A stretch of DNA of 64,000 bases, from NCBI GenBank assembly GCA_977017575.1, contig CDRNVI010000099.1, positions 124,001-188,000 of the forward strand, written 5' to 3'. The notes below the pieces were generated by a model that saw only the letters and a program-made list of their open reading frames with translations, searched no databases and was not told the origin of the DNA. This document shows positions 1-10,277 of the stretch, piece after piece; position 1 is the stretch's first letter; every line of letters begins with the position of its first letter. A program made the translations under genes and the position numbers. Source of the DNA: Paramoeba atlantica. Taxonomy: Eukaryota; Protista; Discosea.

Positions 1-1418
1 CTTGCGCCAGGGTAAACAATATAGTTCCGCCGGAGTGGTTGAGATTTAGTTTAATTTAAGCACCGTATATTGGGTTAAAGTATACCTTATACCCCCCCCA
101 GTAGGGTACCCCCCCCCGTAAGAGAGATTTGGCCCTTTTTGGGCTGACCCCCAGTAAAAGTCATTTGGCTCGGGAGCCCCACAGGAGGCGTATAGAGGGT
201 AGGGGTGTGGATGTCTGCATGTTGGGGGCCTCGGGGGTAACTCAAATAAGCGTTTTAATACGTTTTAACAAGAAAAAATAGAAAAAAATAGTCAAAGTTG
301 GGAGAAAAGTGGAAAATGGCCGAAAAAGCATACCCCCCCAGTAAGAGAGTTTTGGCCATTTAGTCCCAAAACCCATTCTCTTACTGGGGGGTATACGGTA
401 ATGAGGTTACGAATTATGGGTTAACCCTTGCGAAGAATCCGTAAAGCTTTGGACAATGAATACTGACTTAAAAAGAAACGGATCGTCCTTGTAAACGGAC
501 CCTACTTTAGACTGTACGAACGCCTATATAGGTGGGTCGCATACAGCGTGACACGTACATAAAGGAAGAAGGAAGAAGGGAAAAGGAAGAAGCTTCCCTG
601 TACCATTACCCTAAAGTTTAGGGCCTAAAGGTACCGTTAGAGCAGTGCACACCCTTCATCCAAAGAAATTGTTGATCATTTGGAAGTCGCAGAGATGATG
701 CTCCGTGTAGAATGGGTGGAAAAACGGAAATCGCGATTGGAAAGCCCAACTACCGCTGATCTTTAACCGGGTATTGTGTGAAGTCCCACCATTCTTGTCG
801 AGGCATTGGTGCTGATGGAAAAGCACCGCAAAAATGGTCACCTCTTTTTAGTGACGCCAATCGGACAGACCCTCACATACAGTGTAGAGTAAGTGAGAGC
901 GAATTTCCGGAATACTGGCGACGGAGTTTACCCAACGCAGGATGGACACTCAAGATGGCGGATTTGCTAGCCGAACTCTTGTCCTTCAAATTGTGCGAAG
1001 TCCTCGAAAGCCAGTATGCGAGCGAGTGTGAGCCGTTGCTAAAGGGACGAAAAATTGGTGCAGAATGGTTCCCGTCGATATGGGAAAGCTTTCGTGGAAT
1101 CGCCGTTGATGACTCGAAGCTGACACGCGATCGTGACAAACAAATGCGCGAAGAATACTGCGCAAAGTGTTTCGCAAGTGGGGCAATTCAAAAAGTAAAT
1201 AACTTCTCTACGCTCGGACTTCAATGACATCAGAAAGGAACTGTATTCCCTACGAGACGATGTTCAAGAACTTTATCAATCCTCTGATCTCAAGGAATCG
1301 AGCTCAAACTCGAATTCGGTTCTAGGTAAGCGTAAAGTTTATAATCGGACGGGAATACGTTCATGAACTACGTTTTTTTGACCAAGTTAAGTCCCTCTTC
1401 CTTCTCCATAATAATATA

Positions 1419-2756
1419 AACCCCGCGTCATGAAAAGTGACCCCCCACTTTATTTTCGTACAAGTGTCCGTTTGAGCTGATTTTTGTTGCATTTTGCAGA
1501 TCTCAACACAAGGACTTTGCGCGTGAAGAAATGAAACTAAAAGAAGCGAATACGTATATTTTATTGAGGAATTACCATTTTTTCACTTTTTCGCCTTTCA
1601 ATCTTATACACTCCTTAAGGCGTGAGTCAAAGCTTAAGACCGTTTTGTCGATCACATTTTGAGACAAGCGAGACCACGCTTTGCGTACACATCGGATGAG
1701 TGAAGGCTTATCCGATGGGGTCTGTTCGTCCAACGCCCCTTGGACCATAGACCAGACGTTTTCTATTGGGGAAAGATCTGGTGAGTTGGGGGGCCAATTT
1801 TTCAGAAGTTCACTCATTGCGCTTTCAATGTACTCCTTTGAGGCACGAGCAGTGTGTGCCGTTGCCCCATCTTGCTGAAAAATACGATTAGGGGGGAAAT
1901 CTACCTCTTTTAATGTTTCTATGTACGTCTCACTTGTAATAGATGTGTCATTTTGTAGAATTACCAAGTACCTCCACCCCACTCCTACAGCACCCCAAAC
2001 TTGGCATCTTGGTGCCCAACGTACTTTTTGACGCGGGGCTGCTTTTTGACCGCGCCTTACCCACATTTTTCTTCTGCCATCATTCGTATCAAATATTTTT
2101 TCGTCTGTAAAGATGACACGGGAAGTATCTATATTGTAATTCAACGCAAATTGAACTCTTTTTACTTTTTGTCGTTCGGTAAGCCCTTGGCATAGCGGTC
2201 GAGCGGCATAACTGTAATCCAGGGATGATAAGTCTCTCTGTACAGTTCTTTTTGAAACTTGTATATTCTTTTTCTTCAATTGGGCTGCTATGCGCCTTGA
2301 TTAATTGAGTCTCGGTACTCCAGCGGGGTCAAGAGGGGTTATTATCTTCTCAATTTTCGTTTTACGAGTTTTCATTATTTTTTTTCGCTCAGGACTCAAA
2401 GTGTATACTGGGGTAGTTTTTTTTTCGTTCAAATATTTTTTAACTATCCTTCTAGAAACGTTGAAATCACGGGCTAGCTCTTTTATTGATACTCCTTGTC
2501 CGTGCCTCATCTTTAAAAGAACCTTTCCACTAGAAGTCAGCCCCCCTCTTGGGAGTTGATATGGTGATTTTGGCATTTTTGAAGAAAAAGTTGAAAAAAT
2601 TAATTTTTTTTTACTGAATTTTAAAGTTTTAAAATGAGCTAAAAACAGCGGGAACGTACAGATCTCAAAATTTTGAACGACAACGTGGTATGATAACCCC
2701 CCCACGACCCCATGTGCTAAAAATAAGGGGGGGTCACTTATTGGTGACGCGGGGTT
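1419..2756 (-). mobile_element. Tc1/IS630-like DNA transposon (DD35E), transposase interrupted by one in-frame TAA
   Basis: Imperfect TIRs AACCCCGCGTCA..AAGTGACCCCCC at both ends, flanked by TA (1417-18, 2757-58). ORFs 2301..2705 (HTH-like, ELARDFNVSRRIVKKYL) and 1572..2279 (IFTDE, FQQDG, WPPNSPDLSPIE) are in the same frame, separated by TAA at 2301-2303 (PRLN*SRRIAAQL). Confidence 0.9.
1572..2576 (-). pseudogene. Tc1-like transposase with premature stop
   Basis: ATG at 2576 (MPKSPYQ); about 335 codons with one internal TAA; DDE motifs intact, 35 residues between second D and E. Confidence 0.85.
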
Positions 2757-3102
2757 TATTACAAATTTATTAGTATTTACAATTAGTTATACCCCTTCCG
2801 GGTAAATGGGTTTCAGGTAAATTATCCGGGTCTGTGGCTCAGTTACCCCCTTCCCTGCTTCCTCCAGCTCTCGTAAGTCCTTCGCCCGCACTTCGGTGCC
2901 ATTTCGAGACCGCTTTTTCGACCGGTTCGGATGCTATGGATAGCGACACTCCTACCCTGGTCGAGCATCCGTTTAAAAAGCCCTAGCGCAACACTTCAAA
3001 GCTGTGGACGCTGTGCGCCATAAACTCCTCCCCGCCTATCCAAGATCGGGACGCTCATTAGCCGACAGTGGAATATGCGGCGTCGCGTATGGCGGAAAAT
3101 AT

Positions 3103-3171
3103 AACCGCGGGAGTCGAACCTGCGACCACCAGACTATGAACGGCAGGTCTTACCAACTGGACTACCTGGGT
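3103..3171 (-). pseudogene. degenerate tRNA-like sequence (Met-like CAT loop), possibly a SINE head or Pol III promoter
   Basis: Minus strand reads TAGTCCAGTTGGTAAGAC (A box) ... TTCATAG ... GCAGGTTCGACTCC (B box). Acceptor and anticodon stems pair poorly. Confidence 0.45.
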
Positions 3172-4208
3172 TCGAGTCCCGGGACCTACGTTTTTAAGCA
3201 CCGTGATTTGTGCCCAAATCGAGGATAGGAGGGGGGGCTGGACCCCCTTTTCTCATCCTGCTGGATCCACCCTTCCCCGGATACCATAAAGAAGGAAGAG
3301 GCAGAGGTTGTAAACAACACCCGCAATAATGATAATAATAATGCTCAAGAATGATAATTCTTTTGAGATTAGTATTATCATTATCATCATTAATGGAAGG
3401 GGGAGTACATAGTTTTCGACAAAAAAACACGAATTTCAGGCCAAAAATGCGAAATTTTAACCCCAATTTGGGCCGTTTTTGAAACCTTACCAGTAGTTTT
3501 TAGTTCAAAAAACGTTTTTTTTAAGACACGAATTTTTTTCTAAGAAAATTCTACGTACATGAAAATAAGTTGATATTTTTTTAAGGGTCTTCACCACATA
3601 GAATTATATTTTTTTAAGATTACCATTATTAATGACAGGGGGAGTATACACGTAGTCCAGAAGCCCACTGAGGATCGCCTCTTTCTCATCAACGCGGGCG
3701 ACTTAGTATGCACCGAATGTGGTCCCCCAGCCATACCAGGTTGCTCTACAAGCTCACCTTGTCAAGGTGCACGTCCCCAAGCGCCTCAGGAAAGCGTCCC
3801 TGGCCCTCTTAAGGGAACGTGCTCGGGAAGATCTCCGGACGAAACGATACGCCACCCAATGGTTAACCGATGTACTCCCATGGTTTTCCATAATTGGGCA
3901 CATGTACAATTCAAGGAAGGCTTCCCTTGCTCCTGACGTCGTGTCGCACCAAATCTTCGTACGTGGCAATTGCGAGAAATTGGGTTACATTCTTTCAGAA
4001 GGTATCTCTGAGGACGGTATTGATGTTGAACTCTGCGAGAGATTTCGAGTGTACCGTACTACACGGTATACTTTCTATTCCTTTCCGAAGTAGGCCAAGT
4101 CATACGAATTTCAATACGAATTCCGAAACTGCCTCCAACAAACATAAAGAAATATGGCACTGATAACCCCCACAATGCCTCACGTCTTCCCCAACCGAGT
4201 GGATCTGA

Positions 4209-4910
4209 TTACATCAGATGGCATCTTTTTGATACACCTTCCTGATCAGTCAACGATTTGATTTTAGTTTTGCTAAAAATTGTCTCGCTGCGTGAAATGA
4301 TTTGCGGTGGCAGCTGACTTGCATTATATGTTCCGCGGAGACCTGGATTATTGCTCATACATAGCCGTGATATAGATTGTGGAAAATCTTCAAGGTCCAA
4401 AACTCTCTCGAAGCAGTTCGCATGTAGATATAATGTCTTTATATTTTTGGGAAGCTCCGCAAAATCTAATATGCCTGAAAACATGTTCACCGAGATATCT
4501 AGATATTCGAGTTTAGTCGGCAATACCTCTAATGGAACTTCACCGAAAAGGTCATAATTTACGTAGAGCTCCAAGGCAATAAGCGTAGAGGGCAAATACT
4601 CCCACCGTGGAATTCCTCGTAGATTAAAAGCTCTAGAAAAATTTGGAATCAAAGCTTGGGTTAATGTTAAGCGTTGCTGTGCCGATGCCATATTACGCCA
4701 ATCGATACCGACCACATTGCCTTTATGATCACATCTCACTCCAAACCATTTACACGCGGGTGTCGATGTGCTATTGAAAATGTCGCTCTGTGGGAGATCA
4801 ACATTTTGAAGAAACTGAACTAACGAATACTCGGGTGGGAGATGCGCATTTAAACGTCCGAGACGAGTCGATGTACTGTCGGAGTTGCGCACAGAGATGA
4901 GAATATTCAT
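4209..4910 (-). CDS. short LRR protein with LRRNT-like cap
   Basis: RLGRLNAHLP start motif, PACKWFGVRC cap, repeats such as LPTKLEYLDISVNMFSG and LPKNIKTLYLHANCF. ATG at 4910 chosen by comparison with paralogues. Confidence 0.85.
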   Translation of the reverse strand: MNILISVRNSDSTSTRLGRLNAHLPPEYSLVQFLQNVDLPQSDIFNSTSTPACKWFGVRCDHKGNVVGIDWRNMASAQQRLTLTQALIPNFSRAFNLRGIPRWEYLPSTLIALELYVNYDLFGEVPLEVLPTKLEYLDISVNMFSGILDFAELPKNIKTLYLHANCFERVLDLEDFPQSISRLCMSNNPGLRGTYNASQLPPQIISRSETIFSKTKIKSLTDQEGVSKRCHLM

Positions 4911-5344
4911 TGTATTGGGAAAATGAGTATAAGGGATGTTGCAGAGCAAAAAATGCTTTGAGAGAAACACATATGAAGAAAAATGGACGAGAAGATTCGA
5001 ATTTGTCTTTTCGAATTCTAACGGAATGGGACTAAGTCCACGAATATTGGACCGTTCGTGGCTGAATGTGACATTGAACACATAAACAACATCCAGTTCA
5101 AATCACTCCATGAATCCACTGTACACCCTTGTTACTGAAATAAGCCCGTTTCTGTTGCATAACGAGGCGGAAGCGTAAAAATAGAAGGAAAAAATCGATT
5201 AAATTGAATTTTAATAATAAATTTAATAATATCCATACACGTAATTTTATTATGTAATTTAATATATAGTTTATATAATTTTAATTGAATAAAATTAAGT
5301 TCCAAAGACAATGTTTTTGTACAAAATAAACAAAAATAAAAACA

Positions 5345-5467
5345 CGGGAAACGCAAAATATCAGATGACACGTATCTCTGCGAGAGCTCTCGAATGCGGT
5401 GTTACTTTCCAAAATTGGACGATTTATACGAATTTTTCTCCCCCCCACCTTTTTGTGCCACCCCCTG
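5345..5467. mobile_element. solo/truncated Tc1-family terminal inverted repeat
   Basis: Ends CCCCCTG|TA and carries CTCTGCGAGAGCTCTCGAATGCG, shared with the TIRs at 9503-10277 and 14088-15640; same subfamily as 49195-49287. Confidence 0.75.
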
Positions 5468-5495
5468 TAGTACTGGAGCGGTAGAAGCTTTATGT

Positions 5496-6095
5496 TCAAT
5501 TCTGAACCCAATCAGCCGGAATGCCCCACCAAGAAGATTTAGGTTGAATGCCATTCGGAATCGATCCTTGGAGATTCGTATTTCCCGTTATATCAAATCC
5601 AGTAATCTTTGAATCCTTCATGAATGAAAGATCAACAAAACCAGTAAACTGATTTGCACCGATGTTCAAAGTTCGCATGGTAGGTGGCAGGTCGTCAAGT
5701 TGAAGCTCACCTGTAAACCTGTTCTCTTGGAGCCACATTCTTTCAAGTCCAGGAGGAAGCGACGCAAAAATTACGCTCCCACTCAATTGGTTGTCGCTTA
5801 GGTCGATTGATGTTACAGAACGTGGTATCGAACTCCAATGCAATATACCTGACAGTCCTCGAGTTTTCCAAGCAATGCGACTAACTTTACCCTCCTCACT
5901 ACATGTCACACCATTCCACTCACATGCTGGTGTAGTCGTGTTCCACGACTCGTGTACATTTTGAACATCACTAATAAACTTTGTAAGTTCATATTCCGGA
6001 GGGAGAAACATGCCCCTGACCTTACCTGCACGCGTTGTACCCTTCGGAGAATCTGCGGCTCTGCAAATGAAGTGTACCAGAAAACTACTACTCAT
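5496..6095 (-). CDS. short LRR protein with LRRNT-like cap
   Basis: TPACEWNGVTC cap; IPRSVTSIDLSDNQLSG, LPPGLERMWLQENRFTG and LPPTMRTLNIGANQFTG repeats; start at MSSSF (6095) inferred. Confidence 0.85.
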   Translation of the reverse strand: MSSSFLVHFICRAADSPKGTTRAGKVRGMFLPPEYELTKFISDVQNVHESWNTTTPACEWNGVTCSEEGKVSRIAWKTRGLSGILHWSSIPRSVTSIDLSDNQLSGSVIFASLPPGLERMWLQENRFTGELQLDDLPPTMRTLNIGANQFTGFVDLSFMKDSKITGFDITGNTNLQGSIPNGIQPKSSWWGIPADWVQN

Positions 6096-6365
6096 AGCCT
6101 GTTTATTTAGAAAGTGAAAATTCGGATAGCGCCCAATGAAAGTACTTTCGTTTTGTGACAAAATGTTATTATTCTTATACTGAACATTTATGCTGCATAA
6201 ATGGACTGTCATAGGGAAATCCATGCCTAAATACGTTGAAAAACTATCATACAAAAAAATCGTAAAACAACATACATACAGTTTTATGTTTGTTTCTGAT
6301 CACCCCTATTTTTTACATACATGTAAATAATGATAGTAAAAATATTATTTTTGTGTAAAAACAAA

Positions 6366-7390
6366 TTAGCACAGCAACAAATTAGCACAGCTCCACTCTT
6401 TTACCGCGGAGGATAGTATCGCGGCGTTGCCTTTTTGAACAGCAACATTAATGGCTTGTAGTGCATGACGCAGGAAACCTTTCCTGTCATGAGTGTACCT
6501 TGCGATCTCCTTTAGGAGGAGTACGGCGCGCTTCCCTGCCACACCAAAAACGGTAAATGCAAGGGGGTAGAAATGCATACCCCTTTTCGTCGCCACGTCA
6601 CTGTGCGCTTTTCCTTTTAAGCTTTCCACCCTTTCTAGAGCGTTGCCAGGCGCTACCCATTCGGCCTTAACATAAGAAGGGGCGAGGGGGTTAACGACGG
6701 TCACGTCCACCAGACATATCTTCCCTCCCAGCATAAAGCAGACGTCGGGACCCTGACCAGCAGAGAATCGGGGTTCATGATTGTCAGGAGTGAATCCGTA
6801 CTGTCGTAGCAAGTGCGCGAAGGCATTCTTAACACGTTTGTGGCGAGTGGCCGCAGTGTCGCCTTTGACTTTATTGCAGTCAAGGGCGTGCACAACAAAA
6901 TCTTTGTTTGAGAGGATGTCTCCGCACTCACATTGTGCGAAAGGGTCCGAAGTAGGTGCTATCAAGTACAGCATGCGCATGGCTGTTTGCCATTCTGGGT
7001 CGCGCATGAAGTACTCACCCCGATTCCTACGCGCCTCTGTCCAATTGCGCGTTCTCTTGTCCATCAACTGAAGTGAATGGACGTCATGTAGTTCGCTGGT
7101 TTCTTTACGCACTGCTGACTTCGACTCTTCATATCTTGTCAAGGCAGAACGTCGTCTTTCCATACACCCTAATACCTCATCTTTTGTGCGAGAATACAGA
7201 GTTGCTGCTTGCTGCGCAAAAGGTTTCGCCCCCAAAAGGTCTCCCGTCATGAGAGTACTGTGAAACGGGTTCTTTTCCAGGTCTTCGAAGCCTCCTAGCA
7301 GCTCTGAGGCACACTCCTGTATGGCCTTGTCCGCTAACACGTTGGCTTTTGCCGTTACCTCCGGCTCATGACACCGCATTAGGTAGTCCC
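6366..7390 (-). mobile_element. 5'-truncated CRE/SLACS-clade non-LTR retrotransposon (RLE domain)
   Basis: CECG..H..C zinc knuckle, RH motif, GPDVCF..CLVDVTVVNP and FYPLAFTVFG, typical of CRE-clade restriction-like endonucleases. Confidence 0.75.
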
Positions 7391-7746
7391 ACCGGAGGCA
7401 TACAATGCACAAGATTTTAAATTGTACAAGGATTTTAAATAAGTGCTCGTAGAAAAAAATATATTCAAAAGAAAAGCGAGGATTGAACTTACGGACTACG
7501 TCAACGCCGTGAGGGAGATAATACCTCTCAACGAAAAGTAGTGACGTGTAAGTATGGGGGATACAGAATATGCACAATTCAAATTACTACCACAAAGCTT
7601 ACATGACTATTGTACCCACAAACGATTTCTCTTACAGGACATACACATACTGTATGTTCTCGAGTGAAACGAACAACGGATTGGAAATTATTGAGTCAGA
7701 AAACGGTGGGAATCAAAAACAGGATCCGACAAGAAAACAATTCATC

Positions 7747-8029
7747 TTACATAATGAAACAACCCCCACGCCTTTCTGTGTCAGATTTGATTTTCGTGTC
7801 CCTAATACACAAGGAGCGAGTCCCTACTACAACGCCGCGCGGCAGTGTATTCGTGTTATATGTTCCTCGTAGGTTGACATTGTGATGTAAAAAAAGCTCG
7901 TGGATGCCGCACGGAAGATGCTCAAAGTGTAAAGCCAGTTGAGAGTCATTCCAAGAAAAACTCATGTGAGTCAAGGATCTGGGCATCTCTATGAAATCCA
8001 AGGTTCCTGAAAACGTGTTGAAAGCCATA
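7747..8029 (-). pseudogene. 3' half of LRR gene split by retrotransposon copy A
   Basis: MAFNTFSGTLDF..LHFEHLPCGIHELFL..IRDTKIKS, collinear with the paralogue at 36530-37156; joins 16851..17227 as RLN|MAFN. Confidence 0.85.
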
Positions 8030-9502
8030 TATATGTTATCATGTAGAAAATATTCTACAGAGATTAGACGGTGAATATGGGAGTTCCATATTACGCGCAC
8101 AAAACGCGTTGAAATCACCTGACAGTCAGCGACTCATTCCTCAGAACTAACCTCCATCCACTGTTTGTTCTCGCGGTGCTGGAAAATTATGAAACTTCCC
8201 CGAAGAGCGCTAGTCGTCATATTTCGGCGACACACTGCAACCGCTTCTTCATTTCCCATGAAGAGAGAGTTGAGCGTTCGGGCCGACATATGCAGTTTGC
8301 CTCTCGCTCCCACCTCGAAGACGAGTGGGAATGTGGTAGGATGGTCGAGTTTTCTAGAGTGATATAAACTCGTGTACTTTTCTATTTTGCGCTCGTGCGC
8401 GAACTCAAAGTTCTCCTCCCAAGGGCAGGTAAGTTCTATAATGTATTCTTCTCCGTTAGATAGTTTCACCCATCCGTCAGGACGTAGCTCAGTATCAAGG
8501 TTCGTGAGCCACGCGGTGGTGGAGCGGAAGTGGGGGAGATCGAAGTGACATTGACTAGTGGAGGAGAATCGTTGTACGGAGTTCGCTAATGCCTGTAGTA
8601 CCATGTTATGCCGCAGGGCATACCTCCCTTGTTCGAGTGATTTCCTACAACCAGATAGAATATGCCGCGTAGTTTGTGTCTCGGTGTCACAGATGGGACA
8701 TTTATCGCTCGCATGTGTCAATACGCCCCACCTACGAAGAGACGCCCTGGTTGGGAGCGGCGTCTCGGTAAGCACTGAGGATGTGAACCGCGAAAGTGAT
8801 TCACTCTTAAGGCTACATAGGGCGGCGGCGAAGTCTCTCGCAAGGTCTGCTTCCGTTGCGATTCTGAACCATCGTCCTGCTACGGCAGTACGCCGTTGGA
8901 CGGCTTCCGTGAGGTGTCGCTCGTATTCGCTTCCAAGGAGTCTTCGGACGTTACTATGGCTTGTACTGTGCATATCCGTCGGCGGGCGAATGTATCCTGC
9001 TCTCCTTTTGTTCGCTTCTCGACTGATGCGCTCACATAAAGCGTGCTGGACCTCGGGATCACGCGATTTATCCATTTGTTCCATTGTCTCCACAGTGGAA
9101 AGAAGCCAAAGTTTTGACAGACTCATGAGATTCCAGCCATGCTCTGAATAGAGCAGCTCACTAGGTGCTGATTTCGCTACGTTTAACCATTTCCGAATTT
9201 CGCGTGTGGGGCATCGCTGTAGCCGAAGTACGTAATTGAAGGTAAGGCATGAGTTCACGACGAAGGAATACCGCAGACGAGAGATGATACCGTTATTGTA
9301 TATCCACAGGCGCGCGGGAAGGTCATGTGCGCTGGAAGATATATTACGCAACCAGGCTCGCAGACGGGTTCGTAGTTTTAGAAAGAGTGTCTTGCCTTGT
9401 TGAGCACCGGGTGCGAGCGTCATGCCTAAAAATGTGCTACCATTATCACATATGTGTGGGATAGGTGACGTGCCGATCATGATCTGTGGTCGGCGTGTCA
9501 TA

Positions 9503-10277
9503 CAGGGGTGCAAATCAGATGCTGGGGGGGTCTAAAATTAACAATGTTTGCGCAATTTTGGAAAATGATAGCGCATTCGAGAGCTCTCGCAGAGATCTAT
9601 GTATTTGGATAGGCGGTTTCCCGGGGTGTAAGGGGGTGGTCAACTGAGGAGAAGCCCAAAAAGGTCAAAATGCAAAAAATGAAGGAAAATTTTTGTACGT
9701 TCAATAATTACAACTTTCACCTTTTTGTTTCTACTACTATGTCGAAACGCCGTGGCATGCTGTTTAAAGTGTTTATGAGCATGTCATGACCATCTGTTTT
9801 AATGTAATCAACCGCCGTTTCAATAGAACATCCCCGGTTTCCTCAAATCGCTTAACCCACAACTTAACATGCTGTCGTGGACGCCTTGTCTTTGGCAAGT
9901 GGCACTGTAGGAGTTTGTATTCTCGTAATCTTTAACCAGAAGCATCCTGTGTGAATATTTTGTGTGCCCCGGGGGTTCATGTGATCTATCAGATAAGCCT
10001 TTACTGTTTTGCTTAGAGCGGGATTGCTTTTGCGGCATAATAGTGAGCTGAAAAACAAAAAAACACGGAAAAAACTGCAAAAATTGAAAAATCTGCAAAT
10101 TTTAGGGGGGTAAAAAAGCTTTAAAAAAAATATTTTTTTCGAATTTGTTTTCTTTTAACGTGATAATAGCGCCAAAACATAGATCTCTGCGAGAGCTCTC
10201 GAATGCGCTATTATTTTCCAAAATTGTGCAAACATTGCTAATTTTAGACCCCCCCCAGCATCTGATTTGCACCCCTG
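9503..10277 (-). mobile_element. internally deleted Tc1-like element inserted in the RT of copy A
   Basis: About 100-bp TIRs starting CAGGGGTG, TA duplication (9501-02, 10278-79); removing it restores the DSGYMTRR frame. Retains a transposase N-terminus (MPQK..PGH..RMLLV) homologous to 14296..15423. Confidence 0.9.

Noticed and set aside
610-627. Telomere-like CCCTAA/TTAGGG
   Set aside because: Single units in a short palindrome, not an array.
778-1227. 149-aa ORF as a real gene
   Set aside because: No recognisable motif; overlapping frames suggest a degraded remnant; left unannotated.
2301-2303. Alternative genetic code (stop readthrough) suggested by single in-frame TAA, TGA (31435) and TAG (about 50580) in transposases
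   Set aside because: Three different stops, each isolated; intact genes end in standard stops and the long host ORFs read without internal stops. Ordinary nonsense mutation suffices.
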